From Bacteroidota bacterium (lineage in GTDB: Bacteria > Bacteroidota > Bacteroidia > Flavobacteriales_F > PHOS-HE28), in contig JAFEAI010000032.1 in the NCBI GenBank assembly GCA_018266475.1, positions 1-61,286 of the forward strand: 61,286 nt of DNA. Reading direction: 5' to 3'. Shown in pieces: positions 26,014 through 34,472 of the stretch. Position 1 is the stretch's first letter. Each line of letters opens with the position of its first letter. The notes under the pieces were generated by a model. That model saw only the letters and a list, made by a program, of their open reading frames with translations, searched no databases and was not told the DNA's origin. Made by a program: the position numbers and the translations under genes.

Positions 26014-26229
26014 GGCCCTCTGAGCCTGACCGAAGAGCGGCTCCGCTCAGGGCAACGTAAAGTGGGCAGTGAAATTGGCCCTCTGAGCCTGGCCGAAGAG
26101 CGGCTCCGCTCAGGACGAAGTAGAGTAGAATGCTTTGTAGGCCCTTCGGCTCCGCTCAGGGCAGAATCTTGTTTGATCCAGGCATCAAAAATCGCTAACA
26201 CCACTCTGCCCTGAGCGGAGCCGAAGGGC
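26014..26229. repeat. three copies of a palindromic repeat family (GCCCTGAGC...GCTCAGGGC). The third is a 25-bp perfect inverted repeat around a 39-bp spacer.
   Basis: Two copies run 26014-26055 and 26077-26116 (ggccctctgagcctg[a/g]ccgaagagcggctccgctcagg). The third pairs 26140-26165 (ggcccttcggctccgctcagggcaga) with 26205-26229 (tctgccctgagcggagccgaagggc). Confidence 0.85.
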
Positions 26230-26239
26230 TTTCACAAAA

Positions 26240-28609
26240 TCACTCCTCTCTTTTCAGCCACGCCTGCACCATGCGCAGCTGCCCGTAGCTGTACTGTTCA
26301 CCGAAATGAGCGCGCGCAGCGTTGGTGTCCTTCTCCGGAAATTCGCGCATCCAATCGGCGATGTGGTCCCGCACGGCATCTTCCATCACGGCAGTGATCT
26401 CCAGTTCACCTTCCGCGATCCCGCGCGCAGCGTGGCCTTCCAGGGTGCCGAGCGAGAGTTGCCTTTCCGCCGCAGCCTCGGCCAGGGTCTTGCCTTCCTT
26501 CAGCAGCGCGTAGGTCTTGCGGTAGGTGGCGCCCTTTTCCGCCTTGGGCTTCTTCTCCGGCGCGAACACGTCGTCCGCTGACCGGCGCTTGCGCGTCTTG
26601 CCGCTCTTGCCGCTGCTCACGGGCTTGTGCTCCCCTGCCCATTGGGCCACCTCATGCACCATGCCCGCGCGCTGCGCGTTCAATTCCCGCTCCATGTCCG
26701 GCATGGGCTTTATCTCCTCACCGTTCAGGATGCACTCGGCGATGGTGCCCGCCTTAGCGATCTGCGCCAGCTTTTTCACCAGCATGCCGTCGATCTCCTT
26801 CAGGTCGGCAGCGTATTCCTTCGTGCGGCTCAGTTGCTCCACCTGCGCCAGGTGCTGCAGCAGGTCCTTCATGCTTTCGCGCAGCAGCTTGCCGTAGTAC
26901 GCGGCGCCCTTTCCGATGCGCTCCAGCAGCAGTTCCCGCTCGGCCGTGTGCATCAGGCGCAGCAACTGGTTGCCGAAGGTGGCGGTGTTGGCCTCCTCGG
27001 CCTGCAACTTCTCGGCGAAGCGCCCCAGGGCGGTCTTCATGCTTTCATCCTCAAACTCGCTTGCATCGTGGTCCTTGCGGGTGAAGCCGACCTTCTTCAG
27101 GATCTCGCCGAGGTTGAAGGTATCGGCCAGCATGGCCTGCAAGTACTGCCGCTGTTGTTCCTTCAGTTGTTCGGGCAAGGGCTGCTGGGCATGGCGCCGC
27201 TCGCTGAAGGCCACCACATCGCGGTCGGTGCTCACCACGGAGGGATCGATGCGCGTACGCAGGATCAGCCCCTCCAGCGCGCGCAGGCGCGAGAGCGCCA
27301 CGTACACCTGGCCGGGCGCGAAGGCGCTGCCCACATCGATGATGGCCTTGCTGAAAGTGAGGCCCTGGCTCTTGTGTACGGTGATGGCCCAAGCCAGCTT
27401 CACCGGGTACTGCTCAAAGGTGCCCAGCACTTCCTCCTTCTGCTCCTTGGTCACCGCATCCACCGCGTAGCGCTTGTTCTCCCATGTTTCGGTCTTCAGC
27501 GTGTAGGGCATGCCGTCGTCGAGCATTTCCACCGCAATGCCGTCCTTGTCGATCGCAGTGACCTTGGCCAGTTTGCCGTTGAAGTAGGCCTTGTCCATGT
27601 CGTTGCGGATGAACATGATCTGCGCGCCTTCCTTCAGTTCCAGCTCGGGCAGCACCGGGTACATGCTTTGCGGAAAATCGCCTTCCACGTTGGCCTCGAA
27701 GCGGTGCGCTTTGCCGGGCAGTGCTTTCAAGGCGCGCTCATTGATCTCGTCGGCGGTGCGGTTGTGCGTGGTGAGGGTGATCACGCCCTCGGATTCCTCC
27801 TTCGGAATGTTGGCGCGATAGTGCGCGTTGAGCGTTTCCACGTCCTGCTTGGTCACCGTGTTGTTGCGCAGATTGTTGAGGATGCCGATGAATCCGGCGT
27901 CCTGCTGGCGGAAGATCTTGTCCAGCTCGATGTGCGCGTAGCCGCTCTCCTTCAGCGCGCGCGACTCGAAGAAGTGCATGCTGGCGTACCACTGGCGTAG
28001 CACCTGCCATTCCTCATCCTTCACCACGGGCGGCAGCTGGAAGAGGTCGCCGATCAGCAACAACTGGGCACCGCCGAAGCTGCGGTTGTACACCCGGCGC
28101 ACGGTGCGCATGCGGTGGTCGATGGCGTCCAGCAGGTCCGCGCGCAGCATGCTCACCTCGTCGATGATCAGCAGGTCCACATCGCGCAGCACGTTGCGGC
28201 GCACGGCGTTCAGCGGGTGGTGGCGGCTCAGTGTGTCGCGGTCGTGGAAGTTGCCGTAGTGCGGAATGTCCGCGGGCAGTTGGCGCTCCGGGATGAAGCT
28301 CCCGAAGGGCAGCAGGAACTGTGAATGGATGGTGACGCCCTTGGCGTTGAGGGCGGCAATGCCGGTTGGGGCCAAGATCACGAAGCGCTTGTGGGTGCTG
28401 CGCGCCAGCTGGTGCAGAAAGGTGGTCTTGCCGGTGCCGGCCTTGCCGGTGAGGAACACGTGCCGCGCGGTGCTGTTCACGAACTGCGCGGCCAGCGCGG
28501 CCATTTCGGTGGTTTCGATCACGCCGCCACCGGCCTGGGCGGCCTGTGCGGGGTGTTCAGCGGTGGAAGACTTTCCGGCAATGGAACTGCCTGCTACATC
28601 AATGGACAT
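26240..28609 (-). CDS. Pif1/RecD-like AAA+ DNA helicase with a C-terminal helix-turn-helix domain
   Basis: ORF trimmed to the ATG at 28609. Walker A FLTGKAGTGKTTFL, Walker B LLIIDEVSML, ITVHKSQGLTF and VYVALSRL. C-terminal ...LSLGTLEGHAARGIAEGEL. Confidence 0.85.
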   Translation of the reverse strand: MSIDVAGSSIAGKSSTAEHPAQAAQAGGGVIETTEMAALAAQFVNSTARHVFLTGKAGTGKTTFLHQLARSTHKRFVILAPTGIAALNAKGVTIHSQFLLPFGSFIPERQLPADIPHYGNFHDRDTLSRHHPLNAVRRNVLRDVDLLIIDEVSMLRADLLDAIDHRMRTVRRVYNRSFGGAQLLLIGDLFQLPPVVKDEEWQVLRQWYASMHFFESRALKESGYAHIELDKIFRQQDAGFIGILNNLRNNTVTKQDVETLNAHYRANIPKEESEGVITLTTHNRTADEINERALKALPGKAHRFEANVEGDFPQSMYPVLPELELKEGAQIMFIRNDMDKAYFNGKLAKVTAIDKDGIAVEMLDDGMPYTLKTETWENKRYAVDAVTKEQKEEVLGTFEQYPVKLAWAITVHKSQGLTFSKAIIDVGSAFAPGQVYVALSRLRALEGLILRTRIDPSVVSTDRDVVAFSERRHAQQPLPEQLKEQQRQYLQAMLADTFNLGEILKKVGFTRKDHDASEFEDESMKTALGRFAEKLQAEEANTATFGNQLLRLMHTAERELLLERIGKGAAYYGKLLRESMKDLLQHLAQVEQLSRTKEYAADLKEIDGMLVKKLAQIAKAGTIAECILNGEEIKPMPDMERELNAQRAGMVHEVAQWAGEHKPVSSGKSGKTRKRRSADDVFAPEKKPKAEKGATYRKTYALLKEGKTLAEAAAERQLSLGTLEGHAARGIAEGELEITAVMEDAVRDHIADWMREFPEKDTNAARAHFGEQYSYGQLRMVQAWLKREE

Positions 28610-28837
28610 GGGGGTTGAAAAGTGGAAGAACGGCTCCGGCTGTTGGCGACTGGATCGCCGCCGGCACAGGTGCAAGGTAATCACAACAGGCAAACCCCGT
28701 GCAGCACATGCAGTGCCCGGCGCATTTTGCCGTTCCCGGCCTGCACGGTGGCCGCTGCATGCACACTTGATCCACCGCCCCCCCTTGGCCGTGCAGCACA
28801 GGGCAAACGCATCTTACGATGCACATTGGTGCGCTGT

Positions 28838-29003
28838 GCTGTGCGACCCGCTCCGGGGTCGGTGCCTCATTGGATGCGATTGCTACGCTGTGCGACCCCG
28901 TTCGGGGTCACGTTCATAACACTCCCCTTGACCCCGAAGCGGGTCATATCAACGTTGAATCCTCTCGACATAGCGTGGCTCGACCTCGGAGCGGGTCGCA
29001 CAT
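28838..29003. repeat. four REP-like short hairpins (GTGCGACCC-N-GGGTC family) in both orientations
   Basis: gtgcgacccgctccggggtcg (28841), gtgcgaccccgttcggggtcac (28890), gaccccgaagcgggtc (28931), cgacctcggagcgggtcgcac (28981). Confidence 0.75.
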
Positions 29004-29091
29004 CTTCCCGCTTTCCCGCCAACGATTTAGATGCGTTTACCCTACGGTGCAACAGGCCAGCTTGGCCGGGGTTCGGTACCTTCGCGGCGGC

Positions 29092-29436
29092 ATGAACTGG
29101 AAGGTGCTTTCCACATTGGGCCACTTGGACCGCATCGATGGCCTCTCCAAGGAGAAGCCGGTCCTGATCTTCAAGCACAGCACGCGATGCGCCATCAGCA
29201 AGGCGGCACTGAACCGCTTGGAGCGCGAATGGGGCGCTGCGGATGATGCGGCGCACGCGGCGTACTTCCTGGACCTGCTGGCGCACCGCGACATTTCCGA
29301 TGCCGTTGCCGCGCGCTACGGCATCCGGCATGAATCGCCCCAGGTGCTCGTGATCCGCAGCGGGCAGTGCAGCTACACCGCCACCCACACGGGCATCGGA
29401 TACAAGGACACCATGCAGGCACTGGCTGCACATTGA
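29092..29436 (+). CDS. ytxJ: YtxJ-like thioredoxin-fold protein (bacillithiol-system type)
   Basis: ORF 28819..29436 trimmed to the ATG at 29092. MNWKVLSTLGHLDRIDGLSKEKPVLIFKHSTRCAISKAAL (single-Cys TxxCxxS motif), ...ESPQVLVIRSGQCSY. 114 aa. Confidence 0.72.
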   Translation: MNWKVLSTLGHLDRIDGLSKEKPVLIFKHSTRCAISKAALNRLEREWGAADDAAHAAYFLDLLAHRDISDAVAARYGIRHESPQVLVIRSGQCSYTATHTGIGYKDTMQALAAH

Positions 29437-29503
29437 AAAACAACCGCATGGCACCACGTTCCGGCCATGCCGATAACATTCCCCCCAGACACAAAGAACC
29501 ATC

Positions 29504-31210
29504 ATGACCAGATCCGCAGGACGGCCCACATGCGCAATTGGCGGCACGGCACCGCTGCAGGCGAAGCTCCTCCGGTGGTGCAGGAACGCAATGGCCATGC
29601 TCGCCATTGCCGCAGCACTGCCTAACGCCGCACATGCACAGACCGCCCCCCCCGTGCAGGTAAAGCTGGTGCCTTGGGCCAACAACATCAATAACATCAC
29701 GGCCATCGCCAGCTGTGGCGACGGACGGCTCTTCGTGGCCACGCAGGGCGGAAGCATCCGCATTGTTACCGACAGCATGACCGTGCTGCCCGAGCCCTTC
29801 CTCAACATCTACTGGCTGGTCTACTTCGTTGGTGAGCAAGGGCTGATCGGGCTCACCTTCGATCCGGATTACGCCAACAACGGCCATTTCTATGTGAACT
29901 ACACGCAGCCGTACGCCGCCGGCCACAACACCATCATCGCGCGGTTCACCGTAAGCCCGGACGACCCCAACATAGCGGACCCCAACAGCGAGGTGGTACT
30001 GATGAGCATTCCGCAGCCCGGCGACATGCACAAGGGGGGCGACCTCCAATTCGGCCCCGACGGCAACCTGTACATCACCCTTGGCGATGGCAGCGAACAA
30101 GGCGACCCCGACAACCATGCGCAAGGGCTGAACACCCGCCTGGGGAAGATCCTGCGCATCCATCCGCTGCCCGACGGCACGTGGGAAGTGCCTCCGGACA
30201 ACCCCTTTGCCACGGCCGGCGGGGACACCCTGCCGGAGATCTTTGCATACGGTGCGCGCAACCCGTTCCGCTTGAGCGTGGACCACGTAACGGGCGACCT
30301 GTGGTTCGGCGACGTGGGCCAAAGCAGCTACGATGAAGTGAACTACATGCGGGCGGATACCAGCGGCGAAAACTTCGGCTGGCACTGCTATGAGGGATTC
30401 ATGCCCTCCCACCCGCTGGACTGCACCGACCCCGGCCTGCTCACCTGGCCAATAAGCACGCAGGCAAACGTGATGAACGGGGGTTCCTTCTGCGCATTGA
30501 TCGGGGGCAAGGTGTACAGGGGCCAGGCCTATCCGCGCCTCTATGGCCGCTATCTGTACACCGACTATTGCGCGGGCATGATCCGGTCCGTGCGCGCCAA
30601 TGGCACCGGGGGATGGGTGGATGAACAACTGCTCCCTCCCGGGATGGCAGGCAACACCACTTTTGGCGAAAGCAGCACGCACGAGCTGTTCCTCGGCAAC
30701 CAGGTCACCAAGCGGGTGTACAAGGTGGTGGACCGCTGCCCCATGCCGCCGCCCCTGCTTACGGATGCCGGTGATTCCCTGCACTGCAGCCCTGCGGCCA
30801 GCTACGCCTGGTACTGGAACGGCACCCTGCTGCCCGATGCCACAGGCCCGGCCATAGCCCCGCAGGGGGACGGCCAGTATTGGGCGGTGGCCGACATGGG
30901 CGGCGGCTGCCTGTTCACCACCGATACCCTGCAGGTGATCCATACGGGCATCCCTGCGGCGGGCGCCATGGCCCTCCGCCTCTTCCCCAACCCTGCCCGG
31001 GACCAGGTGCGGGTCACCTTGCCTTCCGGTGCCAACGGCCCCTTCACCTTCACCCTCCTGGATGTAACGGGGCGCATCGTGCGCCAGTGGCCTACGGCAG
31101 GCAACGGCATGGCGGAACTGTACGTGGGCGATATTGCACCCGGCCGCTACCTCCTCCGGGGATCAACACCGTCGGGTTCCTATTGCGCAGCCCTCAACGT
31201 GGCGCGCTGA
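29504..31210 (+). CDS. PQQ-dependent sugar (glucose/sorbosone) dehydrogenase with T9SS type-A sorting domain
   Basis: GLIGLTFDPDYANNGHFYVNYT, GGDLQFGPDGNLYITLGDGS and YGARNPFRLSVD. C-terminal LRLFPNPARDQVRVTL...PGRYLLRG. Alternative start at MAMLAIAAAL (29591). Confidence 0.85.
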   Translation: MTRSAGRPTCAIGGTAPLQAKLLRWCRNAMAMLAIAAALPNAAHAQTAPPVQVKLVPWANNINNITAIASCGDGRLFVATQGGSIRIVTDSMTVLPEPFLNIYWLVYFVGEQGLIGLTFDPDYANNGHFYVNYTQPYAAGHNTIIARFTVSPDDPNIADPNSEVVLMSIPQPGDMHKGGDLQFGPDGNLYITLGDGSEQGDPDNHAQGLNTRLGKILRIHPLPDGTWEVPPDNPFATAGGDTLPEIFAYGARNPFRLSVDHVTGDLWFGDVGQSSYDEVNYMRADTSGENFGWHCYEGFMPSHPLDCTDPGLLTWPISTQANVMNGGSFCALIGGKVYRGQAYPRLYGRYLYTDYCAGMIRSVRANGTGGWVDEQLLPPGMAGNTTFGESSTHELFLGNQVTKRVYKVVDRCPMPPPLLTDAGDSLHCSPAASYAWYWNGTLLPDATGPAIAPQGDGQYWAVADMGGGCLFTTDTLQVIHTGIPAAGAMALRLFPNPARDQVRVTLPSGANGPFTFTLLDVTGRIVRQWPTAGNGMAELYVGDIAPGRYLLRGSTPSGSYCAALNVAR

Positions 31211-31220
31211 GGCAGGCAAA

Positions 31221-31259
31221 AGCACTGCCGCATGTGCGGCTGGCAGTGCTGAATTTTTG
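31221..31259 (+). terminator. rho-independent terminator of the PQQ-dehydrogenase gene
   Basis: agcactgcc - 12 nt - ggcagtgct followed by gaattttt. Confidence 0.65.
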
Positions 31260-31462
31260 CTGAACCGCGAGACCTCCGGAACGTGGTCTTTCATGTGTTC
31301 GCCCACGGAATGGCGAATGTAGCAGGAGCCCGCCGCCCTTCGACCCTTCGGCAAGCTCAGAGCTCAGGGTGTGGCGGATGGTGGGCCAGGCACTCGGAAT
31401 TACTGGTTAAGCCGAGCGCCGGGACGGTGGTTTTTTCAAGGGGGGTATTGCAGGGGGGTGGC

Positions 31463-31508
31463 GGGCACGTGCGTGGACGCACGCGCCAGTGGGAAATTAC
31501 ATGCTCGC
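31463..31508. repeat. 46-bp repeat, copy 1 (3' flank of the immunity-like gene)
   Basis: gggcacgtgcgtggacgcacgcgccagtgggaaattacatgctcgc. It is nearly identical to 33026..33071 and contains the hairpin cgtgcgt-gg-acgcacg. Confidence 0.85.
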
Positions 31509-31591
31509 ATTAGTTGGGGGCCGCGCTGCTGCGCGGCTACCGCCACGGCGGGCATACATGGGGTGAGGACATGGAGCAGCCGAGCAGAAGA

Positions 31592-31942
31592 TCACTCAAA
31601 TGGATGGGGTGGCAGAACCATGGCAATGATTCCAATGGCTATGACAGAGTATGTAATCACCGTCCACATAGTGATACTTGCGGCTATATCCGACTTCGCC
31701 ACAACTGAGAGGAACCTCTTATTCAGCAACCAAAGCAGGTAGGCGAATAGAGCCGCCTCCATGAACAAGATCAGCACTTGTGAAATGCCAAAGGCCGTCA
31801 TGTCTTCGCGAACATGGCCATCTTTCCAACGGAAGCTGTTCGGTATGAAAAAGCCGTTCAGATAAGTGTTGGCATAGAGAAAGAAGAAGCCCGTAAAGGC
31901 CAAGTAGAACAGATTGTATATCGCATAGACTATGTATGCCAT
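31592..31942 (-). CDS. small multi-pass membrane protein, candidate immunity protein
   Basis: 116 aa with 3-4 hydrophobic helices (MAYIVYAIYNLFYLAFTGFFFLY...). Low GC. Starts 12 nt after the stop of ORF 31955..32278. Confidence 0.5.
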   Translation of the reverse strand: MAYIVYAIYNLFYLAFTGFFFLYANTYLNGFFIPNSFRWKDGHVREDMTAFGISQVLILFMEAALFAYLLWLLNKRFLSVVAKSDIAASITMWTVITYSVIAIGIIAMVLPPHPFE

Positions 31943-31954
31943 GGAAGTGCTTTA

Positions 31955-32278
31955 CTACTCCCCGGGGGCTTCCACTCGCGGTTTAGGACCGGCTGGGACA
32001 GACGTACCTAACTTGTTGAACTCGTCAATACTGTATGTCTTTCCACCCATCGTCACGTTCTGGAAAATCCCTTTGTCGTTGATCCCGATCATCAGATCGA
32101 CCCTGGCTGCCGGGGTCTTATCCGCAGTTATCAGATTCAACGGGTCACCATATGCAGCGGCCCCGGCCAAGAACACTGAGTTCCCGGCAGCATCTTGAAC
32201 AAAGCTCCCCCTCCCGGCGCTCGGCTGTGCCGAGTGCCCTCTTCTTTCTTGGCCTCCGGCCCACTCATCGTTCATCAT
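31955..32278 (-). CDS. hypothetical small protein, possible orphan toxin C-terminal fragment
   Basis: ATG at 32278; the frame is open only from 32296. No family recognised. Paired head-to-tail with the membrane ORF. Confidence 0.35.
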   Translation of the reverse strand: MMNDEWAGGQERRGHSAQPSAGRGSFVQDAAGNSVFLAGAAAYGDPLNLITADKTPAARVDLMIGINDKGIFQNVTMGGKTYSIDEFNKLGTSVPAGPKPRVEAPGE

Positions 32279-32329
32279 CAAAACACCTTCAACCGGCTAT
32301 CCGCATGCGCGCTGCTATAGGCATAATGC

Positions 32330-32635
32330 TTGGGCAAGGTAACGAGTCCTTCCTCAACCGGAGGAAGACGAAGGCAGCGGGAGCCCGCCGGAGGCGGGTC
32401 AAGGGCCGGGCACTCGGGCCGCACAGGCCACCCACAGGCCGGACCCGAGCGCCGGGATAGGGTTGCCGCCATCGCGCGGATCCTGGGCGTGTCGCTCGAT
32501 CGGCTTGGCGGCATGGACGCCGGGCAGGACCCCGAGCTGGCCCGGATGCTTTCCCAAGTGGCTCAACTCCCCGAGGCCGACCGTGCCGCGATCAAGCGCG
32601 TGCTGGAAGCGTTCACCGCAAGCAACACCAAGTAG
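32330..32635 (+). pseudogene. possible degraded XRE-family helix-turn-helix regulator
   Basis: Only the tail is HTH-like (DRVAAIARILGVSLDRLGG). The upstream part is Gly/Arg-rich, starts with TTG and lacks a recognisable helix 2-3. Confidence 0.3.
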
Positions 32636-32640
32636 CCCCC

Positions 32641-32991
32641 ATGGACTTTCTATCCTTCGTCCAGCGCAACAGCGGCCGGCAGACCGATCCGGACATCCTC
32701 GCCGCCGCCAAGGTCATCCTGAGCCTGGGGGGCCTGCCTCGCTCTTCCGATCCCCGCATCCTGGCCCAAAGCCTGCACAAGCTCATGGACCCCAGCGCTA
32801 CGAAGGGTTTCCAGGTGATGATGATGGTCTACAAGGACCTGGAACCCACCAACGAGCTGCCCGAAGAGATCAAGCGCGATCCACGCCTCTTCCTCCAGGC
32901 CATCAGCCGCATCAACGAACTACAGAACGCCGACCCCCATCACCGATGGCCTTCACCCTTGCATCAGGAACGGTTCGGGAAGAAGAAGTGA
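32641..32991 (+). CDS. hypothetical protein
   Basis: 116-aa ORF with balanced composition (MDFLSFVQRNSGRQTDPDILAAAKVILSLGG...) that starts 6 nt after the previous stop. No family recognised. Confidence 0.4.
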   Translation: MDFLSFVQRNSGRQTDPDILAAAKVILSLGGLPRSSDPRILAQSLHKLMDPSATKGFQVMMMVYKDLEPTNELPEEIKRDPRLFLQAISRINELQNADPHHRWPSPLHQERFGKKK

Positions 32992-33025
32992 GCGCAAGGA
33001 TCACAGATCCGCAGCAGCGGGGCAA

Positions 33026-33071
33026 GGGCACGTGCGTGGACGCACGCGCCAGTGAAAAATCACATTCTCGC
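33026..33071. repeat. 46-bp repeat, copy 2
   Basis: gggcacgtgcgtggacgcacgcgccagtgaaaaatcacattctcgc. Confidence 0.85.
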
Positions 33072-33072
33072 G

Positions 33073-33387
33073 CTATTTTGGGGACAACCAGTTCGCCAGT
33101 CGTGCCCAGAACCCCCAGTTTTTCGGATTGGAATAGCGTTCCACGCTTGATAACAGCGCTTGGGCTGTTGCATGACTGTCACAGAACGCAAGAATCTGTT
33201 CTCTGGTGAACCCATAGGGCTGGCCTGGAATATCATAACCCTTCTCCTCCATTCGAATACGAAGCAAGGCATCCATTAAATCCCACTCCTGTTCTGACAT
33301 TGCCTGAGCATCGTCACTCCTGACCCACCAATCAAAGTTGCCGCGATACCGGTTGAAAAGGTCAACCTTGGGCCGATCAATCATCAT
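33073..33387 (-). CDS. candidate immunity protein for the upstream Rhs-type toxin
   Basis: 104-aa acidic/Trp-rich ORF whose ATG overlaps the toxin stop (ATGA). Low GC. No family recognised. Confidence 0.5.
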   Translation of the reverse strand: MMIDRPKVDLFNRYRGNFDWWVRSDDAQAMSEQEWDLMDALLRIRMEEKGYDIPGQPYGFTREQILAFCDSHATAQALLSSVERYSNPKNWGFWARLANWLSPK

Positions 33388-34472
33388 CGCAAGAGCGGTA
33401 TCCCAATAATTTGATTGGTGCCTTGAAGAAGAGGGCGTTCAATTCGTAGCCATGTGCTACCTGCCCTTATTCCCCCGGGTGCGGCGTTGTACAATAGATG
33501 CACCGGACCTTGTGCGCCCCAGGCCATGCGCCAAGATGCAGCATCCCAAAGAGGAGACATGACGTTTCGTGGAAGAACTTTGTCCATTGCAGTAAGAACC
33601 CTACCAGTTCCAGTCATATTCAATGTCCTTAGCCCATTTGCAGCAGCAAAAGCACTGGCTTCCTCCCCAACAAACCTGCCTCCCGTCCAAAAGACCCGGC
33701 CACCTTGAGCAGCCTTCAGCATGTACCCGACTGGTAACAACGATGCTGCATTTAGCCCGATGCTTAGACCAGATTGCTGTTCACCATAAACATCTGTTCC
33801 TCCAGTAAGTCCCGAGTACACATTACCGGCGGCAACAACGGGGTTCAAGGAAATGAACGCCTGCAACGCGGCTGGCGGCGTGTGTCCCGGCTTCACTTCG
33901 TCATCAATGCTTTTGAGCCACCAGCCGAGAGATTCAAATCCTGTGGTACTGGCCTCCATCCGGTCATAGGTGTCTCCACCCAATGCCAGGTCTGCGGATT
34001 CGAGAAGGTCGGACCTGTCCTGGCCGTGCCGGAACACGAAAGCATTCACGTTAATTCCCTCACTGGATCCGGAACTCAAGGTGACGCTTGCGTCCTTCTT
34101 GCCGGTGAACATGTTCCGGTGCTTGTCAAAATTGCCACCTGTGGTACGCGCAAAATGACGAGCTTGCCTAACGTTCTTGCTCTCCCAGAACCAAGCTCCG
34201 TTCGGATCGACGTTAATAATGGGGTTCAGGCCGAAGGCCGCATAATTGGAGATGCTGACCTGATCGACGGGATCCAAGTTCCACCTTCTTCCCACCCTTG
34301 CGTCGTACTGCCAAAACTCGGCGGTGTAGCTAGTCCCTGTTGCCCCGTAAACCTCATCGTCCTTCATTTGGCCGTTGAACCCGAATGCGTAGGAGGAGCT
34401 CGAGTAATTGCGTCCGGGCAAAAGGAACCCGCCGGGTTCATACCCCTGTATTTCACCTCTGGCGCCCCCCAT
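33384..34472 (-). CDS. orphan Rhs-family C-terminal toxin module (end of RHS core plus variable toxin tip)
   Basis: YAFGFNGQMKDDEVYG...YTAEFWQYDARVGRRWNLDPV...NPIINVDPNGAW matches the terminal RHS-core/YD repeat and the PxxxxDPxG demarcation motif. A 270-aa variable region follows. There are no upstream YD repeats. Confidence 0.7.
   Translation of the reverse strand: MGGARGEIQGYEPGGFLLPGRNYSSSSYAFGFNGQMKDDEVYGATGTSYTAEFWQYDARVGRRWNLDPVDQVSISNYAAFGLNPIINVDPNGAWFWESKNVRQARHFARTTGGNFDKHRNMFTGKKDASVTLSSGSSEGINVNAFVFRHGQDRSDLLESADLALGGDTYDRMEASTTGFESLGWWLKSIDDEVKPGHTPPAALQAFISLNPVVAAGNVYSGLTGGTDVYGEQQSGLSIGLNAASLLPVGYMLKAAQGGRVFWTGGRFVGEEASAFAAANGLRTLNMTGTGRVLTAMDKVLPRNVMSPLWDAASWRMAWGAQGPVHLLYNAAPGGIRAGSTWLRIERPLLQGTNQIIGIPLLR

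Noticed and set aside
29195-30943. 582-aa minus-strand ORF
   Set aside because: Antisense shadow of the PQQ-dependent dehydrogenase gene.
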